A stretch of 64,000 nucleotides of DNA from Candidatus Latescibacterota bacterium (GCA_964291625.2 OZ220089.1:576001-640000), one strand, 5' to 3'. Positions 50,313-60,535 are shown, numbered from the stretch's first letter. The notes: generated by a model not told the origin, from the letters alone. Made by a program: numbers and translations.

Positions 50313-50758
50313 GAGGCTTCCATGCCGGGACCCGGCCGCCGCGAGAGGGCGCCGACCCCGACCACCGCCGAGAGCAGCAACAGGGCTCCGAGGGCGAGGA
50401 CCAGAACGCCGCTGCGCGGCGGCTCCGCGGCAGGGGATGGTCCAGCAGCCAGGCCGGCGGACAGGGCCATGGCCAGGACCACCCCCAGCCCCGCGACCAC
50501 GACCGCCGACAGCAGCCGCGTCGGACGGCTCGCGGCGCTGGCGGCCAGCGCCGCCGGGGACGAGGCCGCCAGTCCCACCGCCGCCTGCACCAGGAGCACG
50601 GCGGCGGCGGTGAAGGCGTCGTGCACGGCGGCGATGGCCGCCACCCCGGCGGCGGCGAGACCGAGGCCGACGCAGGCGCCGTGGGCGGAGCGCCAGCAGG
50701 CGGCGGCGAGGGCGCCTCCACCGGCGGCGGCGGTCGAGGCAAGCAGGATCAGTTCCAC
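50309..50758 (-). CDS. nuoJ: Divergent complex I subunit J
   Basis: 149 aa hydrophobic; SAHGA, LLLLSAVVGVGALSRR; order H-J-K. Confidence 0.55.
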   Translation of the reverse strand: MELILLASTAAAGGGALAAACWRSAHGACVGLGLAAAGVAAIAAVHDAFTAAAVLLVQAAVGLAASSPAALAASAASRPTRLLSAVVVAGLGVVLAMALSAGLAAGPSPAAEPPRSGVLVLALGALLLLSAVVGVGALSRRPGPGMEAS

Positions 50759-51681
50759 GGCAGCCACCCCGCGGAGCGGAGGACCGAGAGGGCGAGGTCG
50801 ACCAGGGCGAGGGGGACGATGCGCGTCCAGGCCGTGCGCGCGAGCCCGGCGGGCGTGCCGTCCGACAGGCTGGGACCGATGGCCACCGCCGAGGCCAGCA
50901 CCGCGGCGGCGGTCACAGCGGGCAGGATCTCCACCCATCCGGCCGCCCCCGGCAGGCCGCCGCCGAACAGGTGGCAGGCGAGGAGGGCGGCCGCCCCCAG
51001 CTGCAGATGCCGCGACAGGGACAGCCACAGCGGGCCCGTCCCGGAGGCCGGACGCAGTCCGGCCCGGCGCCCGCCGAGCACCGATCCGGTGCAGCGGCAG
51101 AGGACGGCGAGGGCCCCGACCCAGGCCGCCACCCCCGCGGGATGGGACCACAGGGGCCAGTCCCCCGGGGCGCGGGAGTACGCCGCCAGCACCGGAACGC
51201 CGTCGGTGACCAGCGCCGCCGCCACCAGCAGAAAGGCCAGGTGGCAGCCCATGATGGTCACGGCGCCCGCGCTCAGGGACCGGCGCCCCTCGGCCCCGGC
51301 GAAGGCCGCCGGCAGCATCCAGGCCTGGGCCGAAACCCCCAGCAGGGCCACCAGCACCAGCGCCTGCACCGCTCCCCCCGCGGTGGCCGCCCCCTGGGGA
51401 AACAGCCCTCCCACCCCCGCGCCGGGGGGCAGAAGAGCGACCAGGGCAAGGGCGGGCAGCAGGGCGGCGAAGGCCGCGGCACCCGCTCCGGGGGCCGGCC
51501 TCCCCGATCGTGCCATCACCTTTGCTGCGTCGGCCACGGGACCGAGGAGCGGCGGACGGCGCAGGCCGGTGACTCGGGCCCTCGCCGCACGCTCGACGAT
51601 GGCGCTGCCGTAGGCGAGACCGAGGCTGCCGAGGAGAGCGAGGAAGGCGCCGCCGGAAGAGATGTCGGCGGATGAGGTCAC
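50749..51681 (-). CDS. nuoH: Divergent complex I subunit H
   Basis: ER..ARV, GPVADAAKV, HP, LFGGG, AWTRIVPLALV. Confidence 0.65.
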   Translation of the reverse strand: MTSSADISSGGAFLALLGSLGLAYGSAIVERAARARVTGLRRPPLLGPVADAAKVMARSGRPAPGAGAAAFAALLPALALVALLPPGAGVGGLFPQGAATAGGAVQALVLVALLGVSAQAWMLPAAFAGAEGRRSLSAGAVTIMGCHLAFLLVAAALVTDGVPVLAAYSRAPGDWPLWSHPAGVAAWVGALAVLCRCTGSVLGGRRAGLRPASGTGPLWLSLSRHLQLGAAALLACHLFGGGLPGAAGWVEILPAVTAAAVLASAVAIGPSLSDGTPAGLARTAWTRIVPLALVDLALSVLRSAGWLPWN

Positions 51682-53288
51682 GGCCGGCTGACGAGGTCGG
51701 CGGCGGGGACCTGGCCGGAGCGCCGCAGCCAGCTCGTCCAGCCGCCGCCGAAGGCGGGCCCCGGCGTCGGATGGTCATCCCCGTCGAGGGTTTGGTAGTC
51801 GAGTCCGGCGAAAGGTTCGTGACGGGTCCGGGCCAGCCGCGCGAAGAACTGGTCGGCCGAATCGCGGTTCGGACCGCCGTGCCAGAGGGCGCTGAGGATC
51901 CACAGGTCCGGTCTGGCGTCGCCGGGGGGCTCGACGGCGGAGCGGACCCGCCGCACCCGTCCGAGGCCGTCGACGAAGGTGCCCTCCTTCTCGGTCCAGG
52001 CGCTCCCGCCCGCCAGGGCGATGACGGCGCCATCCACCAGCGGCGACGGGGTGAGGTCGTGGGAGATGAGCCGCGTCTCCCGGCCCCGGAGGATGCCCGG
52101 GCCCTCTCCGCACAGCGAGCCTCCCACGGCGTACACCACGTCGAGGCCGGCGGGGAGGTCGGGCGCCGGAAGCGGGGACGATCCCGTCGCCCGGGCGACG
52201 GCCCGGACGCCGGCGGCGTTCGGCCCTTTGGAGGCGCTGATCGTGAACCCTCCGGGAAAGACGCGGTCTCCCCCGGGATCCGCCTCCTCCCACAAGTAGA
52301 GCTCCGCCTTCCAGCGGCGGGCGAGCTGGATGAGCAGGAAGGCCTCCTCGTTGGTCAGGTAGGGGCTCAGGATCACCGCGGAGCGGCGCCCCTGCTCCAT
52401 CTCTTCGGCAACACCGGCCAGGGCCGTGTCCCAACCCGCCTCCCGGCCCTCCCGGCGCGGAGCCAGCAGGCGTTCGCCCTGCGGCTGCCAGCCGTAGCGG
52501 CCGTGATCGCACAGCCAGAAGCCGCCGGCCGGATCCTCCGGCCGGGGCTTGACCCTCCACACGCGGCCGTCGTGCACGTCCACCCGGGTGGCGCAGCCGC
52601 TGGCGCACCCGGCGCAAACGCTGGAGACCCCCGTCAGCCGCCACGGCGGCGGCGCCTCTCGTTCATCGGGATCGCTCAGGGCGCCCGCCGGGCACAGGTC
52701 CAGGAGGTTGCCGGTCATGGCCCCTGCGATCCGATCACCGGCGCCGGCGCCGATGCGGGCGCCGGCCCCGCCGCCTTCGACGGCCAGGCCCGGCTCCCCG
52801 GAGACCTCTTCGCCGAAGCGGACACAGCGGGTGCACAGGATGCACCGACGGCGGTCGAGGATCAGCCTCGGCCCGAGGACGAGGCGCTCCGGCTCTCCCG
52901 GCCCCACCGACGGCGTTCGGCCGCCCCCGGCAACCCGCACCGCTTCCTGCAGCTCGCACTCGCCGGCCCGCTCGCAGACGGCGCAGTCCGCCGGGTGGCG
53001 CAGCAGCAGGTCGTCGAGCACGCGCTCGCGCGCCGCCGCCGCTTCGGGCGCATCGAGGGAGACCGACATCCCCCCGCGGACCCCCTGGTTGCAGACGGTG
53101 ATCAGCTCCGGACCCCCCGGCCCCTCCAGGGAGGCGACGCACAGACGGCAGGAGGCCGGTGCCGAGAGGGCCGGATGGAAGCAGGGGTGCGGCAGCTCGC
53201 GGCCAGCCGACAGCAGGGTCGTCAGGAGGTTCGCCCCCTCCCGAGCCTCCACGGCCTCCCCGTCCACATGGATGGTGACGATGGCCAT
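51678..53288 (-). CDS. nuoG: Complex I subunit G-like Fe-S protein (short form)
   Basis: CFHP..SCRLC..C, HPADCAVCERAGEC, CILCTRC..CP, CAGCASGC..LCDHGR, EKEGTF; own ATG in TGATG overlap. Confidence 0.85.
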   Translation of the reverse strand: MAIVTIHVDGEAVEAREGANLLTTLLSAGRELPHPCFHPALSAPASCRLCVASLEGPGGPELITVCNQGVRGGMSVSLDAPEAAAARERVLDDLLLRHPADCAVCERAGECELQEAVRVAGGGRTPSVGPGEPERLVLGPRLILDRRRCILCTRCVRFGEEVSGEPGLAVEGGGAGARIGAGAGDRIAGAMTGNLLDLCPAGALSDPDEREAPPPWRLTGVSSVCAGCASGCATRVDVHDGRVWRVKPRPEDPAGGFWLCDHGRYGWQPQGERLLAPRREGREAGWDTALAGVAEEMEQGRRSAVILSPYLTNEEAFLLIQLARRWKAELYLWEEADPGGDRVFPGGFTISASKGPNAAGVRAVARATGSSPLPAPDLPAGLDVVYAVGGSLCGEGPGILRGRETRLISHDLTPSPLVDGAVIALAGGSAWTEKEGTFVDGLGRVRRVRSAVEPPGDARPDLWILSALWHGGPNRDSADQFFARLARTRHEPFAGLDYQTLDGDDHPTPGPAFGGGWTSWLRRSGQVPAADLVSRP

Positions 53289-54602
53289 CAGAACCGCACG
53301 TGGATGCTCTCGGGGGACTTCATGGACAGATCCTTGGCCACCGGGCAGCCGCCGTCCAGATGGGCCTCGAACTCCTCGGCGAAGGCGGTGGCCAGGGCGC
53401 TGATCGGCGGAACTTCCGAGGGGTCCGTGCCCGCACAGAGCCAGGGGCGAGGTGAGGGACGCGGCCCTGGAGCGCAGCTGCTCCAGCTCCCCGGCCTTCG
53501 AGGCTCCGGCCTCGAGCCGATGGAGGACGCCGGCGGCCCAGGCGAGGCCCTCGCGGCATGGCGGGCACTGGGCGCAGGACGCGCCGGCCAGGTAGGCCGC
53601 CACCAGCCGGGCCGTGTCCACGGCGCAGACCGTCTCGTCGGCGACGATGACGGCGCCCGAGCCGAAGTCGCCTTCGAGGCCGCCGCCGCCGGGGCTGCTC
53701 CAGGCCCCGGGATCGACGGGCCGGTCGAGATCGGCCTCGCGCAGCACGGGCCGGGAGCCGTACCCGGAGTGGAGGACGAACTTCAGGGGCCGGCCATCGA
53801 GCGTACCTCCCGCGAGCCCCTCCACGAGACCGCGGAAGGTGCCCGAACCGAGGGCCACCTCGTACAGGCCCGGACGGCGCACGAGGCCGCTGATGCAGAA
53901 GACCTGGGTCCCCGGCGCCGAGGCGCTGCCCACGGCGCGGAAGGCGGCGCTCCCCCCCGCCAGCACCTGCGGCAGGTAGCCGAGGGTGGAGGCGGTATGC
54001 ACGGCGGCGGGCTCGCCGAAGAGGCTGGTGGCCGGCCCCCGGGTGCCGTCCGCTGCCCTTGGCTCGGGGCGGCCGCCTTCGATCAGGTTCAGGGCCAGGC
54101 TGTCGCCCGCGGCGACCGGGAGGGATCCGGGCACGGGGTGCAGGTGAATGGACAGACCGTGGCCGCCGACCTCTCCCGACTCGCGCAGCTCCGAGAGGGC
54201 CGCGGTCAGGGCCTTCCGGGCCCGCACCGCGTCGGCGCGGATGCAGAGGAAGGCCGCCGAGGCGCCGGTGGCCAGGGCGGCGATGCGCACGCCCTCCAGG
54301 AGCCGGTGCGGGTGCCGCTCCGCCAGCTTGCGGTCGCGGAAACGGGCCGGCTCCGGCTCGAGCAGGTCGGCCACCAGGTAGCGGGCGCCGCCGCGCTCCC
54401 GCAGGGCCTTCCAGCGCTCCCCCACCGGCCGCCAGGAGCCGCCGCGGCCGCGCAGACCGGAGGCCGTCACCTCCTCGACCACCCCGTCCGCTCCCAGGGC
54501 CAGGGCCCGGGCGAGGCCGCCGCCGCCGCGCCGGCGGTAGATGTGGTAGCGGTCGACGTCGGGTACGTCGATGCCCTCGAAGAGCAGGCGGTGCTCGTTC
54601 AC
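53288..54602 (-). CDS. nuoF: Divergent complex I subunit F, frameshifted near 3' end (reads into nuoG as assembled)
   Basis: SGLRGRGG, FCISGLVRRPGLYE, GSGAVIV, SCAQCPPCREG..LC; true tail FAEEFEAHLDGGCP lies in another frame after G4 run 53420-53423. Confidence 0.8.
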
Positions 54603-55018
54603 GCCGCCTCTCCGGAGACAAGGTCGTCGAGACGCGCGGGGGTCAGCCCGTCGAAGAGGCGCCCCCCCCGCTCGAAGGCGGGCGCCGCCGAGCAGACGCC
54701 GAGGCAGGGGGCGGGGATCACCAGGTCCCCGAGACGTTCCCGCAGCCGGCGGCCGACCTCGTCGCCCCCCATGAGCCTGCAGCTCAACCCCGCGCAGACC
54801 CGCACCCGGTCCGCGGAACGGCCGCCGCCGCGGCTGGAGGCGATACCGGCGACGGCGGCGGCCGACAGTCCCGTGAGCCCGGCGATCCAGCGCGCCGCCT
54901 CGGGCTCGCAGGCGCCGCGGTCGGTCAGCACCAGGTCGATGAGGGGCATCAGGGCCCCGGAGGGGCGGGGGTAGCGGCTCAGCAGCTGCCGGGCGCGCTG
55001 CTCCAGGGCCTCGGTCAC
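54599..55018 (-). CDS. nuoE: Complex I subunit E-like 2Fe-2S protein
   Basis: RYP...ALMPL, VCAGLSC, CLGVCSAAP. Confidence 0.8.
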   Translation of the reverse strand: MTEALEQRARQLLSRYPRPSGALMPLIDLVLTDRGACEPEAARWIAGLTGLSAAAVAGIASSRGGGRSADRVRVCAGLSCRLMGGDEVGRRLRERLGDLVIPAPCLGVCSAAPAFERGGRLFDGLTPARLDDLVSGEAA

Positions 55019-56541
55019 CGGTCCATCTCGGAAGCGATGACGTTGAGGCTGGCCACCACCTGCGGTGCCTGGTCGTACCCGAGCCCGGCCAGCAGCGCCG
55101 GGAGGAGGCGGAAGTGGTACAGCGACGGAGAGCGCATGTGGACCCGGGCCGGTCCGCCGGTGCCGTCGGAGACCAGGTAGAAGGCCAGCTCGCCGTCGGC
55201 GGACTCGATGGGGAGGTAGATGTCGTGCCGGACGGGACGATACCCGTGCCCGTCCATCCAGCGCCCGAAGTGGTCGATCAGCTCGGCGGGCTCCGTGGAG
55301 CGCTCCGTCGGCCGGGGGGTCTCGTGCGCCAGGGTCGGTCCGCCGGGGGCTCCGGTCACGCACTGCCGGGCGATGGAGAGGGACTCCCCCATCTCCTCGA
55401 GACGGACCCGCGTGCGGTCGACGATGTCGCCCGAGTCCGCCGTGGGCACGCGGAACCGGACCTCCCCGTACGCGAGATAGGGATCGGTGCGCCGCACGTC
55501 CAGGTCGATACCCGCGGCGCGGGCCACCGGCCCCGTGGCCCCGGCGCCCAAGGCCTCGGCGGCGTCGAGAGCCCCGGCGCCGGAGAAGCGGCGGCGCCAG
55601 TGCCGGTGGTCCACGGTGCTGCGCAGGGCATCCGAGCGCAGCCGGTCGACGGCGCTTCCCAGGTCGGCCAGCAAGCGGATGGCGCCGGCGGGCACGTCGG
55701 CGGCGATCCCGCCGAGGCGCTGGGTGCCGGTGGCCCAGCGGCTGCCGCTGGCGGCGGAGAGGAAGCGCGCCGCCGCCTCCCGGGCGGTCAGGGCCTGGCC
55801 CCACAGGGCGGAATCAGGCCCCGCCAGGTTGGCCAGCCAGGCGCAGTGGGCGCCGACGCGGCCGATCTCGGCCAGCAGCATTCGCACCCAGTTGCACCGG
55901 GGCGGCGGCGTGATCCCCAGCAGGGCCTCGGCGGCGAGGACCGCCGCCAGCCCGGGCGCGGACGGCGCCTGCTCGTTGAGGCTCTCGGCCAGCACCGGCA
56001 GCTGGGCCCATGTGCGGCCCTCGGCGAGTCTCTCGAAGCCGCTGTGGAGCCGTCCCGGGCGGGCCGTGGCGGTCTCGATCCGGCCGCCGCGCAGGCGCGC
56101 CCCGAGGTCGAGCCGGAAGGGGGTGGCCAGGGAGGGATCGTGGATCGGCACCTCCCCCTCCGGCGGCGTTGGAGGCATCTCTCCGGGGACCATGGCCTGC
56201 GAGGCGGAGAAGAGGGGCCGCAGGTCATCCCGCCCCCCGATGCGCATCCCGAAGCGGCCGGCCATCTCCCGCTCCGGCCAGTCGGCGGCTGGCCAGACGT
56301 GGGCCAGCCCCGGCAGCTCGCCGGTGCCGGCGGCGGTCAGCCGGGTGCGGTTGCCCGCCGCCGAGCGGAGCTGGTAGACCGCCCGGAACCGAGGATCGGG
56401 GCTCGCGCCGCCCACGGCGGTGAGGTCGACGAGATGCAGGGTCGGGTCCGCGGCGAGCAGGGCCGCCGCCTGCGCCTCCAGCCGGCCGGCGGAGACCTCC
56501 AGGACCGCCGCCGCGGCCTCCGGCGGGGCGGTGGCCGTCAC
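55015..56541 (-). CDS. nuoCD: Divergent fused complex I subunit C/D
   Basis: DLTAV, WPAADWPERE..FG (C part); LHSGFE, RMLLAEIGR, TGPVARAAGI..DVRR..PY, IESADGEL, RSPS, EMDR (D part). Confidence 0.8.
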   Translation of the reverse strand: MTATAPPEAAAAVLEVSAGRLEAQAAALLAADPTLHLVDLTAVGGASPDPRFRAVYQLRSAAGNRTRLTAAGTGELPGLAHVWPAADWPEREMAGRFGMRIGGRDDLRPLFSASQAMVPGEMPPTPPEGEVPIHDPSLATPFRLDLGARLRGGRIETATARPGRLHSGFERLAEGRTWAQLPVLAESLNEQAPSAPGLAAVLAAEALLGITPPPRCNWVRMLLAEIGRVGAHCAWLANLAGPDSALWGQALTAREAAARFLSAASGSRWATGTQRLGGIAADVPAGAIRLLADLGSAVDRLRSDALRSTVDHRHWRRRFSGAGALDAAEALGAGATGPVARAAGIDLDVRRTDPYLAYGEVRFRVPTADSGDIVDRTRVRLEEMGESLSIARQCVTGAPGGPTLAHETPRPTERSTEPAELIDHFGRWMDGHGYRPVRHDIYLPIESADGELAFYLVSDGTGGPARVHMRSPSLYHFRLLPALLAGLGYDQAPQVVASLNVIASEMDR

Positions 56542-56876
56542 GTTGACTCCGCCGGGGAGGGCCGGCCTTCCCGGCGCCCGACGTGGATCAGGGCGATGAC
56601 GACGACCAGGAGGAGGAGCAGCATCGGGAGAACGGCTCCGGCGCCTTCGGGCCCCGCGGCGAGAAGCACGAGCAGCAGGACGGCGCCGGAAAGGGCCGGG
56701 GCGAGCCAGGCGAGGGGGCGCCACGAGTCCTCGGTCTCCACCTCGCCGCCGCCGGCCATGGCGGACGACGGGGGCTTCCTGGCGGGGCCGGCGAGGGCGC
56801 GCCTCAGCAGCGCGGCCAGGACCCCCAGCAGCAGCCAGAGACCGAGATAGGTGACGAGGGGCAGGTAAGCGGTCAA
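56538..56876 (-). CDS. nuoA: Divergent complex I subunit A-like protein
   Basis: 112 aa, 3 TM, YLP start; first gene of the nuo run, GTGA-coupled to nuoCD; YECG and FDxE motifs absent. Confidence 0.5.
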   Translation of the reverse strand: MTAYLPLVTYLGLWLLLGVLAALLRRALAGPARKPPSSAMAGGGEVETEDSWRPLAWLAPALSGAVLLLVLLAAGPEGAGAVLPMLLLLLVVVIALIHVGRREGRPSPAEST

Positions 56877-56934
56877 CGACCGGCCTCCCGGGGTTGGAGG
56901 TGGTCCCGGCGCCGCGGGAAACCGCCCTTCGGCT

Positions 56935-57195
56935 TCAGACGGTGGCCTTCTCGCGGACCTCCCGGAGTGGCCCCGCGGCGGGGGCCGCGGCCGGGTCGAA
57001 GCGGCCCTCGCGGCCGGTGCCGCAGGAGTCGCCGGGCCGGGCTCCGCACTCGCACATGGGCTCGCCGTCCCCGGTCTGCAGGTTGGCCAGGCCGCCGCAG
57101 GAGCCGGTGATCCTGCGGTTGCCGAGGATCACCCCCACGGCCATGCCGGCGATCACCAGGGTGAAGACGACGAGGGCTGATAGAAAGAGGGTCAT
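56935..57195 (-). CDS. nqrM: Na+-NQR maturation protein (DUF539)
   Basis: One [16 protein letters not shown], further Cys; directly after nqrF. Confidence 0.85.
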   Translation of the reverse strand: MTLFLSALVVFTLVIAGMAVGVILGNRRITGSCGGLANLQTGDGEPMCECGARPGDSCGTGREGRFDPAAAPAAGPLREVREKATV

Positions 57196-57226
57196 GGGGG
57201 ACGTGCAAGCACTCGCGGAGGGAGCC

Positions 57227-58465
57227 TCAGCTGCCGAAGTCGTCGAAGCGGATCATCTCCTCTTCGACGCCCAGATCGTCGAGCATGGCGAGGACCGCCG
57301 TGAGCATCATGGGAGGGCCGCAGAGGTAGTACTCGATGTCCTCCGGCGCCGGGTGCTTGCTGAGGTACTCGTCGAGCACGACCTGGTGGATGAACCCGGT
57401 GGGTCCGGTCCAGTTGTCCTCGGGCAGGGGCTCGGACATGGCCACGTGGAAGGAGAAGTTCGGGAACTTCTCCTCCAGGTCGCGGAAGTGGTCCTCGTAG
57501 AACAGCTCCTTGCTCGACCGCGCCCCGTACCAGTAGGAGACCTTGCGCTGCGTGCTCTCGGTGTGGAACAGGTGAAACAGGTGCGAGCGCAGGGGCGCCA
57601 TGCCGGCGCCGCCGCCGATGTAGCACATCTCGCGGTCGGTCTCCTGGATGTAGAACTCCCCGTAGGGTCCGGAGATCGTCACCTTGTCCCCCGGGTCGAG
57701 GGCGAAGGTGTACGACGAGGCCAGCCCCGGGTTGACCTTCTCCCAGCCGCCGGCCTTGCGGTCGATGGGCGGCGTGGCGATGCGGATGTTGAGCATGACC
57801 ATGTCGCCCTCGGCCGGGTGGTTGGCCATGGAGTAGGCCCGCACCACCGTCTCGGTCCCCACCGTCTGCAGGTCCCAGACCTTGAACCGGTCCCAGTCCT
57901 CGTGGAAGCGCGCGTCGATGTCGAAGTCGCGGAAGCTGCACCGGAAGGGCGGCACCTCGATCTGGATGAAGCCGCCGGACTGGAAGTCGAGGGTTTCGCC
58001 CTCGGGCAGCTTGAGGACCAGCTCCTTGATGAAGGTCGCCACGTTGTCGTTGGAGACGACCTCGCACTCCATGCGCTTCACCGAGAACACCTCGGGCGGG
58101 ACCTCGATCTGCATGTCCTGCTTGACCGTGACCTGGCACGAGAGGCGCTCCCCCTCCTTCTCCTCGCGCCGGGTGATGTGCTCCTTCTCGGTGGCCAGGA
58201 TCTCGCCGCCGCCGTCGTGGACCTTGACCCGGCACTGGGCGCAGGTGCCGCCGCCGCCGCAGGCCGAGGAGACGAAGAGTCCGTTGTCGGCGAGCACGTT
58301 CAGCAGCTTGCCGCCCGCCGGGGTGACCAGGTCGCGCTCGCCGTTGACCTCGATGTTGACGTCCCCCGTGGCCACCAGCTTCGAGCGCGCCGCCAGGATG
58401 ACGGCCACCAGGGCCAGGACCACGCCGGTGAACATGCTCACGCCGCCGAGGACGCTGTCGATCAT
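57227..58465 (-). CDS. nqrF: Na+-NQR subunit F
   Basis: [43 protein letters not shown]. Confidence 0.97.
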   Translation of the reverse strand: MIDSVLGGVSMFTGVVLALVAVILAARSKLVATGDVNIEVNGERDLVTPAGGKLLNVLADNGLFVSSACGGGGTCAQCRVKVHDGGGEILATEKEHITRREEKEGERLSCQVTVKQDMQIEVPPEVFSVKRMECEVVSNDNVATFIKELVLKLPEGETLDFQSGGFIQIEVPPFRCSFRDFDIDARFHEDWDRFKVWDLQTVGTETVVRAYSMANHPAEGDMVMLNIRIATPPIDRKAGGWEKVNPGLASSYTFALDPGDKVTISGPYGEFYIQETDREMCYIGGGAGMAPLRSHLFHLFHTESTQRKVSYWYGARSSKELFYEDHFRDLEEKFPNFSFHVAMSEPLPEDNWTGPTGFIHQVVLDEYLSKHPAPEDIEYYLCGPPMMLTAVLAMLDDLGVEEEMIRFDDFGS

Positions 58466-58479
58466 GAGTCGTCCGCTTC

Positions 58480-59094
58480 CTACAGCTGGATGCCGGAGAA
58501 GGCCATGAAGGCCATGGCCATGAGGCCCACGGTCATGAAGGTGATGCCCAGGCCGCGCAGGCCATGGGGTATGTCGGCGTAGCGCAGCTTCTCGCGGATG
58601 CCGGCGAGGCCGACGATGGCCAGGGCCCAGCCGACGCCGGAGCCGAAGCCGAAGACGACGCTCTCGCCGAAGCCGTAATCGCGCTCGACCATGAACAGGG
58701 AGCCGCCGAGGATGGCGCAGTTCACCGTGATCAGGGGCAGGAAGATGCCCAGGGCGTTGTACAGGGCCGGCACGTACTTGTCGAGGAACATCTCGAGGAT
58801 CTGAACGCTGGCGGCGATGACGCCGATGTAGCTGATGAGCCCCACGAAGGTGAGGTCGACGCCCCCGAGGCCGAGGGCGGCCAGGGCCTCCTCGCGCAGC
58901 AAGTGGCGGTAGACCAGGTTGTTCAGGGGCACGGTGATCGTCTGCACGACGACGACGGCGATGCCGAGGCCGAAGGAGGTGGAGACGCGCTTGGAGACGG
59001 CCAGGAAGGTGCACATGCCGAGGAAGAAGGCGAGGGCGATGTTCTCGACGAAGACCGCCTTGACGAAGAGGTTGAGGCCGGCCTCGAACATCAC
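58480..59094 (-). CDS. nqrE: Na+-NQR subunit E
   Basis: [31 protein letters not shown]. Confidence 0.96.
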   Translation of the reverse strand: MMFEAGLNLFVKAVFVENIALAFFLGMCTFLAVSKRVSTSFGLGIAVVVVQTITVPLNNLVYRHLLREEALAALGLGGVDLTFVGLISYIGVIAASVQILEMFLDKYVPALYNALGIFLPLITVNCAILGGSLFMVERDYGFGESVVFGFGSGVGWALAIVGLAGIREKLRYADIPHGLRGLGITFMTVGLMAMAFMAFSGIQL

Positions 59095-59744
59095 ACCCCC
59101 TCCTCAAGCGGCTGATCGACCGCAGGATCTTTGGTGATCTGCCTGGGTTTGAACCATCGCAGCACCCAGATGAAGGCGCCGATGATGAAGAAGGCGCTCG
59201 GCGGCAGCAGCATCAGGCCGTTGGGCACGTACCAGCCGCCCTCCGAGGCCAGGGCCAGGATCTCGGCGCCGAAGAGCATGCCCGAGCCGAAGAGCTCGCG
59301 GAAGACGCCCACCACCAGCAGGATCAGGCTGTAGCCGAGGGCGTTGCCGAGGCCGTCGAGCATGCTCAGCCCGACGCCCTCCTTCATGGCGAAGGCCTCG
59401 GCCCGCCCCATGATGATGCAGTTGGTGATGATGAGCCCCACGAAGACCGACAACTGCTTGCTCATGCCGAAGGCATAGGCGCGCAGAAACTGGTCGACGA
59501 TGATCACCAGGGAGGCGATGACCGTCATGTGCACGATCATGCGGATGTTGGTGGGTATGTGCTGGCGGATCAGGCTGATGGCGCCGTTGGAGAACACGAG
59601 GACGAAGATCACCGCCAGGCACATGGTGACCGACGTCTCGAGCTTGCTGGTCACCGCCAGGGCCGAGCAGATCCCGAGGATCTGCAGGGCGATGGGGTTG
59701 TCCTCGAAGACGGGGGCCAGCAGGGTGTCTCGGGCCTTGCCCAT
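59091..59744 (-). CDS. nqrD: Na+-NQR subunit D
   Basis: [34 protein letters not shown]. Confidence 0.96.
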   Translation of the reverse strand: MGKARDTLLAPVFEDNPIALQILGICSALAVTSKLETSVTMCLAVIFVLVFSNGAISLIRQHIPTNIRMIVHMTVIASLVIIVDQFLRAYAFGMSKQLSVFVGLIITNCIIMGRAEAFAMKEGVGLSMLDGLGNALGYSLILLVVGVFRELFGSGMLFGAEILALASEGGWYVPNGLMLLPPSAFFIIGAFIWVLRWFKPRQITKDPAVDQPLEEGV

Positions 59745-59747
59745 GGT

Positions 59748-60524
59748 TCAAGCCTCTCCTTCGTCCCGCAAGCGCTCCAGGAAGGGGCCGTAGCCCTCCC
59801 CGCCGAGCCAGTAGTGGAGCATGTCCTGCACGCCGCGCGAGGTGATGGTGGCCCCCGACAGCCCGTCGACGCTGTGCACCGCATCCGGGGCGCCGGCGGC
59901 GACGGCGCCCCGCGGGATGCGGACCGCCACCCGGCCGTCGTCGCCGAAGGCGCGCTTGCCGTTCCACTGCGCCTTCCAGGCCGGGTTGTCGACCTCGCCG
60001 CCGAGGCCGGGGGTCTCGCCGTGCTGGTAATATACGAGGCTGCGGATCGTGTTGAGGTCGTCCCGGTCGAGGGCGACGAAGCCGTAGAGGGTCGACCACA
60101 GGCCCCGGCCGAAGATCGGCATGATCACCTTGTCCACCTCTCCACGGCGGCTGACCAGGTAGACGGGCATCAGCCTGGCGCGGCGCCGGATGCCGGCGCG
60201 GCTGCCCAGCTCGGAGGTGTCCACGCCCTGCTCGGGATCGGCGGCGGCGGCGATGTAGTCGTAGGTGCCGGGATCGATGCCGTCGACGTAGCCGCCGGTG
60301 GCCAGGTCGACGACGCGGACGTCGATGCGCTCGAAGAGCTCGTCGACGCTGCCGTCCTGCTCGGAGAGGCCCGCCGCCATCAGGATGTTGCGCTTCTTGT
60401 CCAGCAGCTTGTTGATCTCCTGGGTGGGCCGCAGCACCACGGCCGCCCCGGAGACGAGGACCGAGCAGACGACGCACAGCAGGAAGGCGACGGTGAAGGT
60501 CTGGCCGATGGTCTCTCGGGCCAT
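59748..60524 (-). CDS. nqrC: Na+-NQR subunit C
   Basis: LCVVCSVLVS, GLWSTLYG, HGETPGLG, FMN site DGLSGAT. Confidence 0.95.
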   Translation of the reverse strand: MARETIGQTFTVAFLLCVVCSVLVSGAAVVLRPTQEINKLLDKKRNILMAAGLSEQDGSVDELFERIDVRVVDLATGGYVDGIDPGTYDYIAAAADPEQGVDTSELGSRAGIRRRARLMPVYLVSRRGEVDKVIMPIFGRGLWSTLYGFVALDRDDLNTIRSLVYYQHGETPGLGGEVDNPAWKAQWNGKRAFGDDGRVAVRIPRGAVAAGAPDAVHSVDGLSGATITSRGVQDMLHYWLGGEGYGPFLERLRDEGEA

Positions 60525-60535
60525 GGGGCCGTCTC

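Noticed and set aside
51678-54602. 974-aa NuoF-NuoG natural fusion as given in the ORF track
   Set aside because: The authentic NuoF tail with its own stop and TGATG overlap lies in another frame; best explained by a 1-nt indel
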